NCBI RefSeq assembly: GCF_947568905.1
Contig: NC_079165.1
Coordinates: forward strand, 103,726,001-103,790,000
Origin: Ostrea edulis
Lineage: Eukaryota
Length of the DNA stretch: 64,000 nucleotides
Reading direction: 5' to 3'
Both the position numbers and the translations under genes were made by a program. A model generated the notes under the pieces. It saw only the letters and a list, made by a program, of their open reading frames with translations. It was not told the DNA's origin and ran no database searches. The stretch's first letter is position 1. The number at the start of each line of letters is the position of its first letter. Positions 60,644 to 64,000 of this stretch are shown in pieces.

Positions 60644-63600
60644 GTATCATTGTTCGTAATAACTGAGTTGTATCATTGTAATAACAGAGTTGTATCTCAT
60701 TGTTCGTAATAACTGAGTTGTATCATTGTAATAACAGAGTTGTATCTCATTGTTCGTAATAACTGAGTTGTATCTCATTGTAATAACTGAGTTGTATCAT
60801 TGTAATAACTGAGTTGTATCATTGTTCGTAATAACAGAGTTGTATCATTGTTCGTAATAACTGAGTTGTATCTCATTGTAATAACTGAGTTGTATCATTG
60901 TAATAACTGAGTTGTATCATTGTAATAACTGAGTTGTATCATTGTAATAACTGAGTTGTATCATTGTAATAACTGAGTTGTATCATTGTTCGTAATAACT
61001 GAGTTGTATCATTGTTCGTAATAACAGAGTTGTATCTCATTGTTCGTAATAACTGAGTTGTATCTCATTGTAATAACTGAGTTGTATCATTGTAATAACT
61101 GAGTTGTATCATTGTTCGTAATAACAGAGTTGTATCATTGTTCGTAATAACTGAGTTGTATCTCATTGTAATAACTGAGTTGTATCATTGTAATAACTGA
61201 GTTGTATCATTGTAATAACTGAGTTGTATCATTGTAATAACTGAGTTGTATCATTGTAATAACTGAGTTGTATCATTGTTCGTAATAACTGAGTTGTATC
61301 ATTGTAATAACAGAGTTGTATCTCATTGTTCGTAATAACTGAGTTGTATCTCATTGTAATAACTGAGTTGTATCATTGTAATAACTGAGTTGTATCATTG
61401 TTCGTAATAACAGAGTTGTATCATTGTTCGTAATAACTGAGTTGTATCTCATTGTAATAACTGAGTTGTATCTCATTGTAATAACTGAGTTGTATCATTG
61501 TAATAACTGAGTTGTATCATTGTAATAACTGAGTTGTATCATTGTAATAACTGAGTTGTATCATTGTAATAACTGAGTTGTATCATTGTAATAACTGAGT
61601 TGTATCATTGTTCGTAATAACTGAGTTGTATCATTGTTCGTAATAACTGAGTTGTATCATTGTTCGTAATAACTGAGTTGTATCATTGTAATAACAGAGT
61701 TGTATCTCATTGTTCGTAATAACTGAGTTGTATCATTGTAATAACAGAGTTGTATCTCATTGTTCGTAATAACTGAGTTGTATCTCATTGTAATAACTGA
61801 GTTGTATCATTGTAATAACTGAGTTGTATCATTGTTCGTAATAACAGAGTTGTATCATTGTTCGTAATAACTGAGTTGTATCTCATTGTAATAACTGAGT
61901 TGTATCATTGTAATAACTGAGTTGTATCATTGTAATAACTGAGTTGTATCATTGTAATAACTGAGTTGTATCATTGTAATAACTGAGTTGTATCATTTTT
62001 CGTGATAACTGAGTTGTATCATTGTTCGTGATAACTGAGTTGTATCATTGTTCGTGATAACTGAGTTTTATCATTGTTCGTGATAACTGAGTTGTATCAT
62101 TGTTCGTGATAACTGAGTTGTATCATTGTAATAACAGAGTTGTATCTCATTGTTCGTGATAACAGAGTTGTATCATTGTTCGTGATAACTGAGTTGTATC
62201 ATTGTAATAACTGAGTTGTATCATTGTTCGTAATAACTGAGTTGTATCATTGTTCGTAATAACAGAGTTGTATCATTGTTCGTAATAACTGAGTTGTATC
62301 ATTGTAATAACTGAGTTGTATCATTGTTCGTAATAACTGAGTTGTATCATTGTTCGTGATAACTGAGTTGTATCATTGTTCGTGATAACTGAGTTGTATC
62401 ATTGTAATAACTGAGTTGTATCATTGTTCGTAATAACTGAGTTGTATCATTGTTCGTGATAACTGAGTTGTATCATTGTTCGTGATAACTGAGTTGTATC
62501 ATTGTAATAACTGAGTTGTATCATTGTTCGTAATAACTGAGTTGTATCATTGTTCGTGATAACTGAGTTGTATCATTGTTCGTGATAACTGAGTTGTATC
62601 ATTGTTCGTAATAACTGAGTTGTATCTCATTGTAATAACTAAGTTGTATCATTGTAATAACTGAGTTGTATCATTGTTCGTAATAACTGAGTTGTATCAT
62701 TGTAATAACTGAGTTGTATCATTGTAATAACTGAGCTGTATCATTGTTCGTAATAACTGAGCTGTATCATTGTAATAACTGAGTTATATCATTGTTCGTG
62801 ATAACTGAGTTTTATTATTGTTCGTAATAACTGAGTTGTATCATTGTTCGTAATAACTGAGTTGTATCATTGTTCGTGATAACTGAGCTGTATCATTGTT
62901 CGTGATAACAGAGTTGTATCATTGTTCGTGATAACTGAGTTGTATCATTGTTCGTGATAACTGAGTTGTATCATTGTTCGTAATAACTGAGTTGTATCAT
63001 TGTTCGTGATAACTGAGTTGTATCATTGTTCGTAATAACTTAGTTGTATCATTGTTCGTTATAACTGAGTTGTATCATTGTAATAACTGAGTTGTATCAT
63101 TGTTTATGATAACTGAGTTATATCATTGTTCGTGATAACTGAGTTATATCATTGTTCGTAATAACTGAGTTGTATCATTGTTCGTGATAACTGAGTTGTA
63201 TCATTGTTCGTAATAACTGAGTTGTATCATTGTTCGTGATAACTGAGTTGTATATCATTGTAATAACTGAGTTGTATCATTGTAATAACTGAGTTGTATC
63301 ATTGTAATAACTGAGTTGTATCATTGTAATAACTGAGTTGTATCATTGTAATAACTGAGTTGTATCATTGTAATAACTGAGTTGTATCATTGTTCGTAAT
63401 AACAGAGTTATATCATTGTTCGTAATAACTGAGTTGTATCATTGTTTATGATAACTGAGTTGTATCATTGTTCGTAATAACTGAGTTGTATCATTGTAAT
63501 AACTGAGTTGTATCATTGTTCGTAATAACAGAGTTATATCATTGTTCGTAATAACTGAGTTGTATCATTGTTCGTGATAACTGAGTTGTATCATTGTAAT

Positions 63601-64000
63601 AACTGAGTTGTATAATTGTAATAACTGAGTTGTATAATTGTAATAACTGAGTTGTATCATTGTTCGTAATAACTGAGTTGTATCATTGTTCGTAATAACT
63701 GAGTTGTATCATTGTTCGTAATAACTGAGTTGTATCATTGTTCGTAATAACTGAGTTGTATCTCATTGTAATAACTGAGTTGTATCATTGTAATAACTGA
63801 GTTGTATCATTGTTCGTGATAACTGAGTTGTATCATTGTTCGTAATAACTGAGTTGTATCATTGTTCGTGATAACTGAGTTGTATCATTGTTCGTGATAA
63901 CTGAGTTATATCATTGTTCGTAATTACTGAGTTGTATCATTGTTCGTAATAACTGAGTTGTATCATTGTTCGTGATAACTGAGTTATATCATTGTTCGTA
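60644..64000 (+). repeat. Satellite of 22/24/26/28-bp variants with higher-order structure; runs off the window
   Basis: Core taataactgagttgtatcattg, with or without ttcg and tc insertions. Confidence 0.97.

Overview
AT-rich eukaryotic DNA from a bivalve mollusc, most likely an oyster (inferred from repeat families and gene types). Host genes: (i) two intronless class A GPCR paralogues inside a ~5.45 kb tandem duplication (12393-23240); (ii) a single-exon 7-cadherin-repeat protocadherin on the minus strand with a frameshift, a possible early stop and no adjacent TM segment; (iii) an intact 14-exon minus-strand gene for a 663-aa type I membrane protein with four CUB domains, assembled by hand with all splice phases consistent. 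Mobile DNA: a decayed near-full-length BEL/Pao LTR retrotransposon, five Naiad-like Penelope-like element fragments, Academ-like and Harbinger transposase remnants, Gypsy fragments, a Kolobok-like non-autonomous element, several Helentron-associated (HINE/pearl-like) elements including a nested pair, SINEs, minisatellites and a >4 kb terminal satellite with higher-order structure. The top find is a 351-nt non-coding unit bounded by two tandem minimal type I hammerhead ribozymes (retrozyme-like, predicted circRNA), inserted in the 5' leader of the BEL/Pao element. All coordinates and counts are manual and may be off by a few bases.
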